Source: the human T2T-CHM13v2.0 reference genome, Homo sapiens. From it: 64,000 nt of DNA. Positions 1 to 21,361 of the stretch are shown in pieces; position 1 is the first letter of the stretch; every line of letters starts with the position of its first letter. Below the pieces are notes generated by a model, which was not told where the DNA came from, did no database searches, and was given only the letters and a program-made list of their open reading frames with translations. The DNA is taken from the NCBI RefSeq assembly GCF_009914755.1, contig NC_060926.1; one strand, given 5' to 3'. Both the position numbers and the translations under genes were made by a program.

Positions 1-1180
1 CAGAACATTGCCACCAGATGAGCTTTCTTGCTCTACATACCATATCCACTCTAGCGTGCCAACTTCCCAAGCTTCTAAGCTCCTCATCCTACCATCTGCT
101 ATGGCAGCTTTGGCATTTCTACTTAACTAAGTTTGGGCTCTTTCTTTCTCTCATCTTCAGAGCAATCCTAACCACATGTAAGCAACATTTCCTGGGCCAG
201 GATATTAAATCCTATATTATGAGAGAGTGTTCCCATGTTGATAAACTCTCCCTCCCTCAACTTTATATTCCACACCCACTCTTGCTCCAAGATCCCCAGG
301 ACCCAGTTCCATACACACTCTTTCGGCTTCTCTCAGTATAAATTGGCTAGGTTTTCAGAGCATCATGGCAATAGAGTCCCTCTCCTTCCTTTGCCTGCCC
401 AGCATATCATTGGCCAGACTGTGTTGTGACTTGATGCTAGGTCAAGTTACAAACCCCAGCAGGGGTTTGGGTGGGGATCGAACTTGAGGGAGGCTGTGTG
501 TTGCTCTGCAGCACAGGAGTCTCTGAATCATCTTTAAGAAATTGGGGACTATAGACCCAAGGGGTTCAGGGGAATCTGGAGTGTAAAGATTTTCAAGTGC
601 ATTGACCCAAATGACCCAGCTCAAGTCTCAGGGTTCCACTCCTCAATTAGGGCCCTAACCCTGGCATAGGAGACTTACCAGGGAAGAGAATCCAACTTTC
701 TCTGGAGCTTTGCTACTCTTATAATTAAGTCTCGGGCTTGATCCTTAACCTTCTCCTCCCCCAGGAGATCAAGGGATCAGAGCCTCTTTACATGCTGCCA
801 AGGAGGTCCTCTGATTTTCACACTTAGCCTTCAATTAGTGATTAATTACCCTTAGCCTTTTCTTGTCTCTCTCCACTGCATCAGTGCCACTCAGCAAGCC
901 ATTGGATTCCATTGTCTTTATAATTAGTACTTCTTCAGAACCTCTCGAAAGCTTAAGCTACTGCATCTGCCAGTGCATTTTCTTCCAAGGGTGTTCTATC
1001 GCAGGATATCGCTGATAAAAAGCTTTAACAATTGCACTGCTACAGCATGCCTGTAGTTTTCAGCGAGTCACCTACCACTAGGAATGGGGTCCTCACTGCC
1101 AGCGGGTTAGTAGGTGATCCAGTTTCAAAACTGCATTTTAGTTCAGTTTTCTTCCTCCTCAGATCACTCCTGGCAACAAT

Positions 1181-1607
1181 TGTTTTAGGTTTGCTTCCTA
1201 GGAAAATAGGCTCTGAAATGAAGGCTTCTGTGCAGGATATTTATTGATGAGTACTCTCAGGATCAATACCTCTAGGGGAGAAGAGGGAAATATTGAACTG
1301 TGATGCAACTGCCACAAGAACCTCATAACCACTCTCATGGGGAGACCTGGAGCTGGGATGGTTCTTCAGCATTTCCCTGCCATGAAGCAAGGGATTTGGA
1401 TCTCGATACCCATAACCTACTAGTCACTGGATATGGGCTATCTCGGGGAAAAGTGAGCCCTTGAGCACAGCAGCTCTTTTCTGCTAAAGGGAGTCCCAGA
1501 GAGGAAGTCAATTTAAATCTGTCATCCATCAACACCCAGTAGTTGGCGAAATGCTTGCCTAAGCCCAGAGTGAGAGCCTGAGCAGCACATCACAGTGTCC
1601 ATTGCAG
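1181..1607 (-). mobile_element. Ancient ERVL-type solo LTR (LTR16/LTR33-like)
   Basis: Begins TGTTTTAGG. Reversed poly(A) signal TTTATT near 1240. Contains 'ttgaactgtgatgca...catggggagacctggagctgggatgg', resembling the recalled LTR16/LTR33 consensus. Confidence 0.6.
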
Positions 1608-1609
1608 TT

Positions 1610-3300
<1,691 letters not shown>

Positions 3301-3499
3301 TTCAATCTTCTTCTTTTTGATTTCTAGTATTTTATTTTTTCCCTTTTTTTGTAAAGAAATTAAGAATTACTACTCCATAGGCAGAGCAGCCAATTTCCTG
3401 TGTTTTCTACAATGTGTTATGAATCAGGCTGCAATGAGTACACTAAAAGTAAATGAAAATGTCCTGTGTTACCCCAGTTCTGATTCCATCCTGATGCTA

Positions 3500-5000
<1,501 letters not shown>

Positions 5001-5159
5001 GAGTTATTTTTCATGGCTAAGAGGAGAAAGATGATAAAAAAAAAACAATACGCAAAGAAGATGCCGCAACTTTTAAAGGAAGAAAAGGTGAAAGCCATTA
5101 TGAACCCCCAAGTTTCATTTTCATCCCTCCCTTTCTCCTTTTCTTCTTCCCTTCCCTCA

Positions 5160-5867
5160 ATCTCAAATATTTATTAGACTACTGCTATACACAAAATATT
5201 ATGCTAAATGCCAGGAATAGTTACTCATTTAATAAATATTTAAAGTGATTACTAGGCACTAAGGATTTAGCAGTGACAAATACAGGCAAAGTTCCTGTTC
5301 TGATGGTGCTTGAAGTATCATGTGCTGGGTGGGTTCTGGAGGGGATGCAGAGAAAATAATAAGCAAATGAGTATATAATCTGTGAACCTGTGACATGTGC
5401 TATGAAGAAAAAAGAATCAGAGCAGGAAGATGGAGAGCGATGGTGAGTAAGGTGTGCTGGTTCAGGGAGGGCCTCTCTGGAAAGATGACATTTGAGCAAA
5501 GGACTACATGAAGTAAGGCCTGAGCTGTGCTAAGATCTGGGGCAATGGTTTCTAAACTTGATACCCAAATGATGAATAGGAGTTTTCCAGTTATACAAAT
5601 AACACAGAAGAACAACAATCTTGCAGATAGAGGAAATACCTTGTGCCAAGTCCCCAAGGCAGGAAAGAGCGTGGCTTATCTCATCTAAGGGACTGAAGGA
5701 AGGCTGGTTTGAAATGAAATGTGAGGACAGCCAAAAACGAGCTTGAAGATCAGGAAGGTCCAAACACCTGACAGCCTTGAAGTTCTGCTCAGGGTCTGGA
5801 CTCCTCCTTAATGGCAGGGAGGACTCGTCGATAGTTTTAAGCAGGGTAGTAGCAGGATCACATTTTT
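5160..5867 (-). mobile_element. L2 (L2a-like) 3' fragment; resumes at ~12029-12052 beyond the L1
   Basis: 'tcatttaataaatattt', 'cagggaggcctctctggaaagatgacatttgagc', and 'ttttaagcaggg...gatcacattttt|attttagagaac', which is continuous across the L1. Confidence 0.8.
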
Positions 5868-6083
5868 TTTTATTATACTTTAAGTTTTAGGGTACATGTG
5901 CACAACGTGCAGGTTTGTTACATATGTAAACATGTGCCATATTGGCGTGCTGCACCCATTAACTCATCATTTAGCATTAGGTATATCTCCTAATGCTATC
6001 CCTCCCCCCTCCCCCCTCCCCTCACCGCACAACAAGCCCCGGTGTGTGATGTTCCCCTTCCTGTGTCCATGTGTTCTCATTGT

Positions 6084-9910
<3,827 letters not shown>

Positions 9911-9973
9911 TATGATGTTGGCTGGTTATTTTGCTCATTAGTTGATGCAGTTTCTTCCTAGCCTTGACGGTCT

Positions 9974-10991
9974 TTACAATTTGGTGTGTTTTTGCAGTGG
10001 CTGGTACCGGTTGTTTCTTTCCATGTTTAGTGCTTCCTTCAGGAGATCTTTTAGGGCAGGCCTGGTGGTGACAAAATCTCTCAGCATTTGCTTGTCTGTA
10101 AAGTATTTTATTTCTCCTTCACTTCTGAAGCTTAGTTTGGCTGGATATGTAATTCTGGGTTAAAAATTCTTTTCTTTAAGAATGTTGCATATTGGTCCCC
10201 AGTCTCTTCTGGCTTGTAGAGTTTCTGCCAAGAGATCCACTGTTAGTCTGATGGGCTTCCCTTTGTGGGTAACCTGACCTTTCTCTCTGGCTGCCCTTAA
10301 CATTTTTTCCTTCATTTCAACTTTGGTGAATCTGACAATTATGTGTCTTGGAGTTGCTCTTCTCGAGGAGTATCTTTGTGGCATTCTCTGTATTTCCTGA
10401 ATTTGAATGTTGGTGTGCCTTGCTAGATTGGGGAAGTTCTCCTGGATAATTTCCTGCAGAGTGTTTTCCAACTTGGTTCCATTCTCTCCATCACTTTCAG
10501 GTACACCAATTAGACGTAGATTTGGTCTTTTCACATAGTCCCATATTTCTTGGAGGCTTTGTTCGTTTTTTTTTTATTCTTTTTTCTGTAAACTTCTCTT
10601 CACACTTCATTTCACTCATTTCATGTTCCATCGCTGATAACCTTTCTTCCAGTTGATTGCATCGGTTACTGAGGCTTGTGCATTCGTCACGTAGTTCTTG
10701 TGCCATGGTTTTCAGCTCCATCAGGTCCTTTAAGGACTTCTCTGCATTGGTTATTCTAGTTATCCATTCGTCTAATTTTTTTTCAAAGTTTTTAACTTCT
10801 TTGCCATTGTTTCAAACTTCCTCCTTTAACTCGGAGTAGTTTGATCTTCTGAAGCCTTCTTCTCTCAACTCGTGAAAGTCATTCTCTGTCCAGCTTTGTT
10901 CCGTTGTTGATGAGGAGCTGCGTTCCGTTGGAGGAGGAGAGGTGCTCTCATTTTTAGAGTTTCCGGTTTTTCTGCTCTGTTTTTTCCCCAT
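9974..10991 (-). pseudogene. L1 ORF1p, disrupted
   Basis: ATG GGG AAA AAA CAG at 10991. KRPNLRLIGVPE...HIIVRFTKVEMKEK fragment. Frameshift at the T-run near 10566-10577 and premature stop at 10160. Confidence 0.93.
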
Positions 10992-12015
10992 CTTCGTGGT
11001 TTTATCTACCTTTGGTCTTTGATGATGGTGACATACAGATGGGTTTTTGTGTGGATGTCCTTTCTGTTTGTTAGTTTTCCTTCTAACAGTCAGGACCCTC
11101 AGCTGCAGGTCTGTTGGAGTTTACTGGAGGTCCACTCCAGATCCTGTTTGCCTGGGTATCAGCAGCAGTGGCTGCAGAACAGCGGATATTGGTGAACCGC
11201 AAATGCTGTTGTCTGATCGTTCCTCTGGAAGTTTTGTCTCAGAGGAGTATCCGAACTTGTGAGGTGTCAGTCCACCCCTACTGGGGGGTGCCTCCCAGTT
11301 AGGCTATTCGGGGGTCAGGGACCCACTTGAGGAGGCAGTCTGCCCGTTCTCAGATCTCAAGCTGTGTGCTGGGAGAACCACTACTCTCTTCAAAGCTGTC
11401 AGACAGGGACATTTAAGTCTGCAGAGGTTATTGCTGTCATTCGTTTGGCTGTGCCCTGCCCCCAGAGGTGGAGCCTACAGAGGCAGGCAGGCCTCCTTGA
11501 GCTGTGGTGGGCTCCACCGAGTTCGAGCTTCCCGGTGCTTTGTTTACCTACTCAAGCCTGAGCAATGGCAGGTGCCCCTCCCCCAGCCTCACTGCCACCT
11601 TGCAGTTTGATCTCAGACTGCTGTGCTAGCAATGAGCAAGGCTCCGTGGGCGTAGGACCCTCTGAGCCATGTGCGGGATATAATCTCCTGGTGTGATGTT
11701 TGTTAAGCCTGTTGGAAGAGCGTAGTATTATGGTGGGAGTGACCCGATTTTCCAGGTGCCGTCTGTGACCCCTTTCTTTGACTAGGAAAGGGAATTCCCT
11801 GACCCCTTGTGCTTCCCGAGTGAGGCAATGCCTCGCCCTGCTTTGGCTCACTCACGGTGCGCTGCACCCACTCTTCTGCACCCACTGTCCGGCACTCCCC
11901 AGTGAGATGAACCCGGTACCTCAGTTGGAAATGCAGAAATCACCTGTCTTCTGCATCACTCACGCTGGGAGCTGTAGACTGGAACTGTTCCTATTTGGCC
12001 ATCTTGACTCCACCC
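10992..12015. promoter_or_regulatory. L1 5'UTR with internal sense promoter (minus) and antisense promoter (plus); intact YY1 site
   Basis: GGCCATCTTG at 11997-12006 (CAAGATGGCC on minus). Partly CpG-decayed 5'UTR. Promoter function is inferred from family knowledge, not shown here. Confidence 0.7.
11565..11696 (+). pseudogene. L1 antisense ORF0, truncated to 43 aa
   Basis: Translates MAGAPPPASLPPCSLISDCCASNEQGSVGVGPSEPCAGYNLLV*, matching the ORF0 N-terminus, with TGA at 11694-11696. Confidence 0.8.
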
Positions 12016-12411
12016 GGATCACATTTTTATTTTAGAGAACTGTCTGCTGCAAGGAGTAAACTCAGTTACTGAGTTTAAGTGAGTTCAAAATACACACGGG
12101 CCACCAGGGGACAATGTCAAGTAATTTATGAGTATGAAAATCAGATGAGAGGTCTGACTGTGCCAGAAATCAATGTCTGTTCCAAAGTCCAAAGGGCTGG
12201 TGAGACCTGGGTTAGGATTTCTGTTTACTTGTCTCTAAATGAGAAAGTTAGATTGGATTTCATAGGTTTCTTTCAGCTTTAAAATCTCATGGGCAAGGGT
12301 AGAAAATAAAGGCTGAGTTTGTAAGAAGAAAAATTTTGAAAGAATTCTCTGTACAAATGAGTAATTTTCATTTAGAAGCTGATAGATAAACTTGAGGCTA
12401 AACTGAGCATA

Positions 12412-12540
12412 ACTGAGCGTAAACTCCTTGAGGCTGATCTAGAAAGCCAGGACTATCCTAACCTAAGTAGGTTCTTCCTTATCACCATCTCTTGGCTGCT
12501 AAGCAGTTGTGGCTGCCATGTGGCATTATTTATGAACAGA
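12412..12540 (+). repeat. ~130-bp direct repeat, copy 1
   Basis: Hand alignment to 13735-13868 gives 10 substitutions and 2 small indels. Confidence 0.93.
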
Positions 12541-13734
12541 CCATCAACTTATCTTTGTGGCAACAGAAATAGAAGCAGAGTAGCAAGGGGCAAGGAGGGC
12601 CTTGGAGATGATCTACACACAAGTCACAAGAGCAAATGCAAGCACCAAAGGATGCAGCCAAGAGAAGGTGGTTGTGAAGGGAAGACAAACAACATCTGTT
12701 TTGAAATATGTGAGCATTATTTGATTAGCGTTTTTGCAGTACAAAGGAGGGAGAAAAAAGAAAGGAAAAAGAGAAAAACGTTGAGACTCGTTATCTTATG
12801 ATTAAAGATCCTTGGAGGCAACAGACTTGCAAACACCTATGTGTATAATACAATGACAACAACAGTAAGAAAGGTTTTAAAGGAAGCAGAATTGATCAGG
12901 AGAGAAAAAGAACTGTTGAGTATAGCAAAGAGTGGGACAGTGGATGGAGAGAGAGATTATTTGAGGTTATGAGCAGCTGGTGTTAATGTTTCCAGAAATA
13001 TTGTTGATTTGCTTGGTGATGCTAAGATGACTGTAAATATACATCACATTTATGGGCTTTATGCCTATGAGTATCAAATGTAATAACAAAGTTGGGAGTA
13101 CTTGGAAGATTATAAAATTCTATACACACATAAGGAATGATTGCTACTTAAGCTTTTTCAGCTAGAAAAGAAAAATATTCTTTTTGATAAGGATACTTAC
13201 TTGTTCTTCCCCACTTAAATCCACAAAGGAGTAGATCAGACAGGGAAAGGTGTGTTTTGCTTCTCACACAATTCCCAGAGAAAGAGACGTGTTCATATGC
13301 TACAAGTGGGGAAATTGGACAATTTATTCTAGATAATTTAGGACAATGATATTCCAGTTCTTCTGCATGTCTTAGCTAGGTCTATAGGGAACCATCAGAT
13401 CTGTCAATTCTGTTAAAGTCTCAGTCTGAAGATTGTTTCATTCCTGTGAGTGCCTTTGATAAATCAGCAAGTGCCTTAATACTCTGTAGACATGAACAAA
13501 TGTAATTTGAAGGGAAACAACATGGGAAGGTAGGGTTTGGAGAAGGTGTCATCCTCCTTTAGGGTTTCCCAGCTGACATTGATTCAGGTCAATCAATTGA
13601 GAGAGAGGAAAGAGAGACAAGGAGGGAGAGAGAGAAAGTGAGGGAGGGAGAGAGCACTTGCTATATTCTCTGGAGGGCAAGCACATATCATGTATATAAT
13701 TTTTATTAGATAATTAATAAGGCATTTCTCCTTC

Positions 13735-13868
13735 ACTGAGTATAAACTCCTTGAGGCTGATCTAGAAAGCCTGCATGACTATCCTAACCTAAGTAGGTTC
13801 TCCCTTATCACCATCTCATGACTCCTAAGCAGTTGTGGCTGCCATGTGGTGTGATTTATGAAGACAGA
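13735..13868 (+). repeat. ~130-bp direct repeat, copy 2
   Basis: 'actgag..taaactccttgaggctgatctagaaagc...aagcagttgtggctgccatgtgg' shared with 12412-12540. Confidence 0.93.
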
Positions 13869-14915
13869 AAATCCTATTCTCTCCTTCTAGGTTTTCCAAC
13901 ATAGGTGTCTCCTTGCTTTCACGTTGTTTTCTTCTATGTCTTTTCACCCATATATATTTTTAATAATAGTGATGCCAATGTATTACTTTAAGGACATTTT
14001 TTAAAAATCAACACTTTTAGAGAATACACCCCTCACTCCCCAATATGTTTTGGGAGGAAACATCCTTTCTCTCATCTCTTCTTTCTGTGGTTTTGTTTTC
14101 TGTTCTCTTTCTTCTTTTTCTTCCCCATGCATAGTTGAATGGTCAATATTGATCTCCACGCCTCCTTTGGATCCCTGAGTCAAATGTCTGGGCTATAAGA
14201 ATTTCTCTGGAGGGGCTGTACTCCCTCCCCAAGGTGGCTGAGTAACATTCTACATATGGCAGGCACATGGCTGCACATTCTCTCATGGTGTGGGATTGGG
14301 TGTTGATTGACACAGCACAAATAGAAACTTTATTTTATATTCCCAAAGCTCAACTCAGCTGTACTTCTCACCACGTGGCAAAGGATGGACCAAAGGCTGG
14401 GAGCAACTGGGAGTGTCTGGGTGAGTTTGGATATTTAATTTTGCTCTGATCCATTGAGAGACAGAGAGGGAAGAAATTGTGTGGCACAGAGCCTCTGGAG
14501 TGTAAGTGACACTCTGAAAGCATTCCCTTCTTCCTCTGCGGCTTCTCCCGGATCTCATAGAAATAGGGGGCCACATAGAAAATGCCTAAATTTAAAGTCT
14601 AACTGGTGCATTTAGGGAATTGAGGGAGAAGGGAACTCTTCTAAACTAGTAGAAAGACCCCCAACATAGAAGTAAGAAAAAAACCTTTAAAATACCTGAA
14701 GACATATTAAAATAAATAGGGCTGCCTTGCTTTTCCCTTCCTGACAAGATTTTTTATGTAACCACACAAGCACAATCACTGTGTCTGGAAGATTTGGGGA
14801 CTCCACAAACACATGATGGATTCAAGACAGAGGCTTGGAGGGCTGTGCTGATGGGGGTTGAACCCCAGAGAAAGATTCTTGTGTAGTCCCATGGATTATA
14901 ACCCCTCCCCATATA

Positions 14916-15088
14916 CCATATTTCATTGTATCTAAGGATCCATCCAGTGTAATAGAGGCCATTATTTTATGTTTCACTAAGAAATACAAGTAGTCACCTA
15001 TTAAATTATGTTATGCCATTGATTGTAAGATGCATTTTGATTTTACAGATGTTAATACATGAACAACTTAAGAATAGGTGAGGTACAG
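14916..15088. mobile_element. MER104-like Tc2/mariner MITE
   Basis: TA|CCATATTTCAT...GTGAGGTACAG|TA degenerate TIRs with TA flanks. Internal 'atgccattgattgtaagatgca'. Confidence 0.65.
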
Positions 15089-15616
15089 TAGTCAAAGATC
15101 TACAAATCCTAGCAGGCAGCAGAGAGGACCAGCCCTTCATCCAGTTCTCTTTATCAGCACACTAAGATGTATGCCCAGCACTTCCTTGGGCTTCTCTTTA
15201 GTGAGCTGAGTAGGCCTTCCTTTATATCTCACCCAGCTGGCGATTAGAGGTGGCTCTGGCCTTCTCCACGTCTCCTATGCGCTTTGGAAAGTTAAAATTG
15301 TCTTCAAAGTTCTGAGATGAGCATATTTGTGAAATGGATGGTATATGCTTTTCAGACATCTCCATCTTGCGGAATCCAATTTATTGTTGTGGCACTCCAT
15401 TGACAATTCTCCCTAATACTGTGTGGCTTCATACCCCATGCTGCCTATCCAGGCTATACTGTGGAACCCAATCACTGTGTTTATGTTGAGAAGGTTCTCC
15501 AAACTCCTTTCTTTTTTTAATCTCTCCACATCAAAACTTATCTGTCCGGGTCCTATTCCCTTAAGTCCTTGCTAGGTAACTAGCTAGTTACTCAGGGAAG
15601 GAATAGTGATAAGCTA

Positions 15617-15947
<331 letters not shown>

Positions 15948-16619
15948 TTAGGTTATTCCTCCAAAGAAACACATTTTAAAGGTAATTGGGATCTTTTTGA
16001 AGCTTTTCAATTCTAAAAGTAATGAGTGAGAGATCAAAATAATTAAGAAAACATTTTATCTGAAGAGTCATATTCTTCAAATCAGAGCATATACATAGTA
16101 ACATGTTCTCAAGATTTTACACAGACTGATGGAAGGATCTAGAGGAGGTGTAACAAATGCCAAAGCTGCTCCCCACCCCTGAGCCCATGGAACACACTAT
16201 ATTTGATCACAACACATTTTCTTATTGAGCTTGGACCCAACCTCAGAATCCCCCCCTAACAGAACCCTTACCACAAGGAACTGGGGTTGACATATGAAAT
16301 GAAGCCCATTTTCCGGCCCTGATATACGTTTTAATGGGCAGGGATATTTATCAGCTTACATACATTTTCTCAGTTTGAAGCACAGTCAGGTCCTTTCCAT
16401 TTGGGACCTCTGGATCCATTCAGTTAAGGTGAAGGAAATAGTAAGAAAGTATATGGAGTCATGTTTTCAGAAATATCTCAGTTTAAATGCAGCAAGACAT
16501 TTGTCGTAACTGTCAACTGGAGAAGGTATTTTTGGGGAATAGCATGTGCTTGTCTTAAGTGGAGCTTCCCCAGGCAACACAGACAGAGAGAACTTGGGAA
16601 GGCTCTGGCTCAGGAGATG

Positions 16620-16860
16620 AATAAAGGGCTAGAGAGTGTCTGTGTGTGGCAATGTTGAAGAATGGATTAGCCTGGAAGGGAAAACCCTGATGGATCACCT
16701 GAGACTAGTCATCAAGTGCTAGGAGTATTACTGTGGAAAGGGTGTTTGCCAGTTTTCTCTTCTGTCTTACTGAAGATGAGGAACCTTACATCAGAAGGAA
16801 ATACAGGTTTGCTTAAAGAAAGAGCTCTCAGGTAAGATCACATACACAACCAAGTGTTTA
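16620..16860 (+). mobile_element. Probable L3/CR1 3' fragment
   Basis: 'ttgaagaat..ttagcctggaaggga...gtcatcaagt' resembles the CR1 ORF2 end. Confidence 0.4.
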
Positions 16861-16984
16861 AAATACACTAGATGCTCTTCTGTTGGGGATGACTATCTGT
16901 GATGGAGTTGAGGGGCCACAAATTTCCTGCTACCAAGCAGCTGACAACATGTAGGAGACACCCCCTTAAGAACAAATGCTCCCA

Positions 16985-17210
16985 TAATGCCCGTGTGGAG
17001 ACTGTAGGCACTGCTGTCCATGCTTTACATATATTGACGTATTGTACCCATTTCACAGATGAGGAATTGAGGCCTGGACAAGTTCTATGAGTAATCTGGA
17101 GTCACACCGCTGGCAGAGATTTGTGATTTACTTAGAGCTAGGATTCATACCAGACTGGATTCAGGCTCCAGAATCCATATCCTGAATCATAACCTTATGC
17201 TATCTCTCCA
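16985..17210 (-). mobile_element. MIR
   Basis: Core 'cccatttcacagatgaggaattgaggcc...gtcacac...ggcagag...ggattcatacc'. Confidence 0.8.
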
Positions 17211-18111
17211 GTCACTATTCTACTTGGCAGAATGAATTAATCCCCCAAAAAAGTATAAAGGAGAGAGAACCTTCATGAATTACTTAATCGCACTCACTGG
17301 GACACCCTAGTGGCCACTGAGTAATTCTCTGTGATAGATTGAGTCATTCTCTTCTAAACTCTGAGAGCAGCACAGTAGCCTCATCTGATTTGCATTCCAG
17401 TAAAAAGCATAGTCATTCCTGATATGAAGACTGAGAGTGAATGAATGAATGATGGTTGTATGTATGTGTGTAGGTATGTTTATTCTTAGCATCAGTCTAG
17501 TTTTGGACAATAAAGTAGGAGAGGGAAAAGAGCTGCTTCAGTCAAGGAGGGACATGTTGTTATGCCCATGGTCTTAGGTAGTCTCAGTACAGCCATAGTC
17601 AGGATTCAAGACTTTATTCCTGCTAAGGAACTCAAAACTCATGTCTTGTTAAGACCTTACCCATCACTTAACTTTCTCCATAAAGACCTCCCAGACGCAC
17701 TCCTTCCATACCAAACACTTCTTTCTTTGCTCTCAGCCTTTCTGAATGCACTTCATATAACTTCAACAAGAAATGGCGTCTAATTCTAAGAAATTCTAAT
17801 AAAGTATCAATTCTGGGAGGTTGCACATGAGCTCTCCAGGAGAAGTGGCATGTCTTATTTCTTTCTGTCCTTGCTCAGAGTTCGGGTTTGGCCCAGAACA
17901 GGTGTTTGAGAAATATCATTTGCATTCAACTGAGTTGAATATTTCCTCCCAATATCTAGCAGGTGAAGCAAAGCAGGCCCAGGAAGGGGACTAAAGCACC
18001 ACACCAGGGTTACTGCAATACCTGATGTTGATTTTCTTTGTTTAGAAAAGAGACCCCTAGATTTTGTGGTCAAGAGATTGATCACCTGTGTAGTAATAAT
18101 TGCATTTATTA

Positions 18112-18800
<689 letters not shown>

Positions 18801-19258
18801 GGGCCAGCTGGTCAAATGTTTTCCTACAGTAGAAACAGTTTATCAGATAGACTTTTTGCATTAAAAAAAGTTCTTAGGAGATGATTTAGCTCCGCTCCCT
18901 TCAGCTACTTTCCTAAGGGGCCTTTCTTTTTGTATGTTCCTTTTCATCTTTCTGGATGTTTAAAATGTCATGAAAAAAGAATAAAAGAACAGTACACTTT
19001 TTAAAACACTAGTTTCCACGAACTTATATCTGGTCTGAATCGTATATATGTACATAAAAATTGTTTTCATATACGTATGAATCATTGTTAATTTGCTGGA
19101 CTCTTACAATTGTGATGGACAAATTTGTGTGTGTTTGTGTTCATGTGTGTATGTTTGTGCACAAAGGGGTCCTCTCTGGCAGCTGGCTCCTCTAAAATGG
19201 GTCATCCTGCATAGAAGTAATTTGGGAAAGAATGAGGCTTGGAGTAAACTCTGTCTGA

Positions 19259-19595
<337 letters not shown>

Positions 19596-20069
19596 CCCAG
19601 ACAGCTTTTAATAGAATCCTGAGGTAGAATCCACTCAGAGTAGGGTTAACAGAGAGGCACCATAACCGAGTGGCCAGAGGACCGGGACCTGAAGTGCCTG
19701 AACCCTTGCATGGGTTTCTTGCTGATTTTCCTGCTCTGGCTCCCTGGGCCATGACACCTTCCTCTTCTTCATTTTCAGACTCTGCCTTGATTTCAGGTGC
19801 ATGAGAAGCTACTCATGACATCTCTCCAGGTCTGTATTTTGCTATCTATAAAATTTGTACTCTGTCAAAGCATCATCAAAGATGCTCCAAGGTTATTATT
19901 ATTATTATTTTTTAAGTATACTTAGTTCCCTTGGAGCAAGAGGTCAAATTTCTGCCAGGAAGGTGCTAATCAAGCCTGGCCTGTTGCACTATTGAAACTT
20001 AATTTTTTCTCTTAGAGAGAATTTTCAAATAGGATTCATATTGCAATCTTGAAAATTGAGGCCCTAGAA

Positions 20070-20215
20070 TCTGAATATAATTTGATAAATCATCTGGTCT
20101 AGTGGGCACATGGAAGCCCAAAGAGATAAGAATTTCCCAAAGTCACACAGCAAGTCAGTGGCAGAGCTGGTGAATCCAGTCTCCAGACTCCTGGCCCAGT
20201 ATTCATCCCAGAGTG
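20070..20215 (-). mobile_element. MIR
   Basis: 'tttcccaaagtcacacagcaagtcagtggcagagctgg'. Confidence 0.75.
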
Positions 20216-20667
20216 GGACCAGAAAATGGCCTATCTCTTCTATGGCAGATCTTTGGAGCATGCCCATTAGAATGGCTGAGGAGTAGGAGAGGTCCCAAGC
20301 ATCAGTGATTTAGGTTGAGAGGATGGCATCCCTCAGGCGGAAATGCACTTGAACTCTTTGCTTTTCTTTTCAGGACAGACAAGCATTTCTCACAGCAAAA
20401 ATGGGTAATTTTACAAATCATATTCACCCAAGGTCTTTGCAAATTGTAATACTGCTAAAAAATTAAAACATAGAAGCAGTTTGTTTTTCACTCATTCACA
20501 TTGCTGTATGGTACACCAATTGGAAAGAGACTGTGAGCCCTCCTAATATTATCTGTGCAGTGTTGGTACAGCTACCTACTCTCTGTGTGTAACATTGTTT
20601 TCTTCTTTAAAATGAGCCTGACAGGATCTGCCTTATGTAACTTCTAAGACAGTTGTATAAAAAATGA

Positions 20668-20950
<283 letters not shown>

Positions 20951-21000
20951 AAATGAGATAACGGTTATAATATTTTAAAAATTAGAATGCTATGTGAGAT

Positions 21001-21361
21001 TGTATTAGTCTGTTTTCACACTGCTATAAAGAACTACCAAAGACTGGGTAATTTATAAAGAAAAGAGGTCTAATTGACTCACAGTTCTTCATGTCTGGGG
21101 AGGCCTCAGGAAACTTACAACCATAATGGAAGTCGAAGGGGAAGCAAGGCACGTCTTACATGGTGGCAAGAGAGAGTGAGAGTGAGGGGAAAAGTGCCAC
21201 ACTTTTAGACCATCAGCTCTCATGAGAACTGTATCATGGGAACAGCAAGGGGGAAAAGCATCTCCATGATCCGATCACTTTCCACCAGGCCCCTCCACTG
21301 ACATGTAGGGACTACAATTCAACATGAGATTTGGGTGGGGACATGGAGCCAAACCATATCA
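21001..21361 (-). mobile_element. MaLR solo LTR (THE1D/MSTA-like)
   Basis: TGTATTAGTC...CCATATCA termini and perfect 5-bp TSD GAGAT. Confidence 0.92.

Noticed and set aside
18-341. 107-aa ORF and nearby CCACCAGATGAG CTCF-like word
   Set aside because: No recognisable domain or splice support. The motif departs from consensus in the core's 3' half.
12412-13868. Direct repeats as LTRs of a miniature (TRIM-like) retroelement
   Set aside because: No flanking TSD, no PBS after copy 1, and the purine tract (13598-13653) is ~80 bp from copy 2. Kept only as a duplication.
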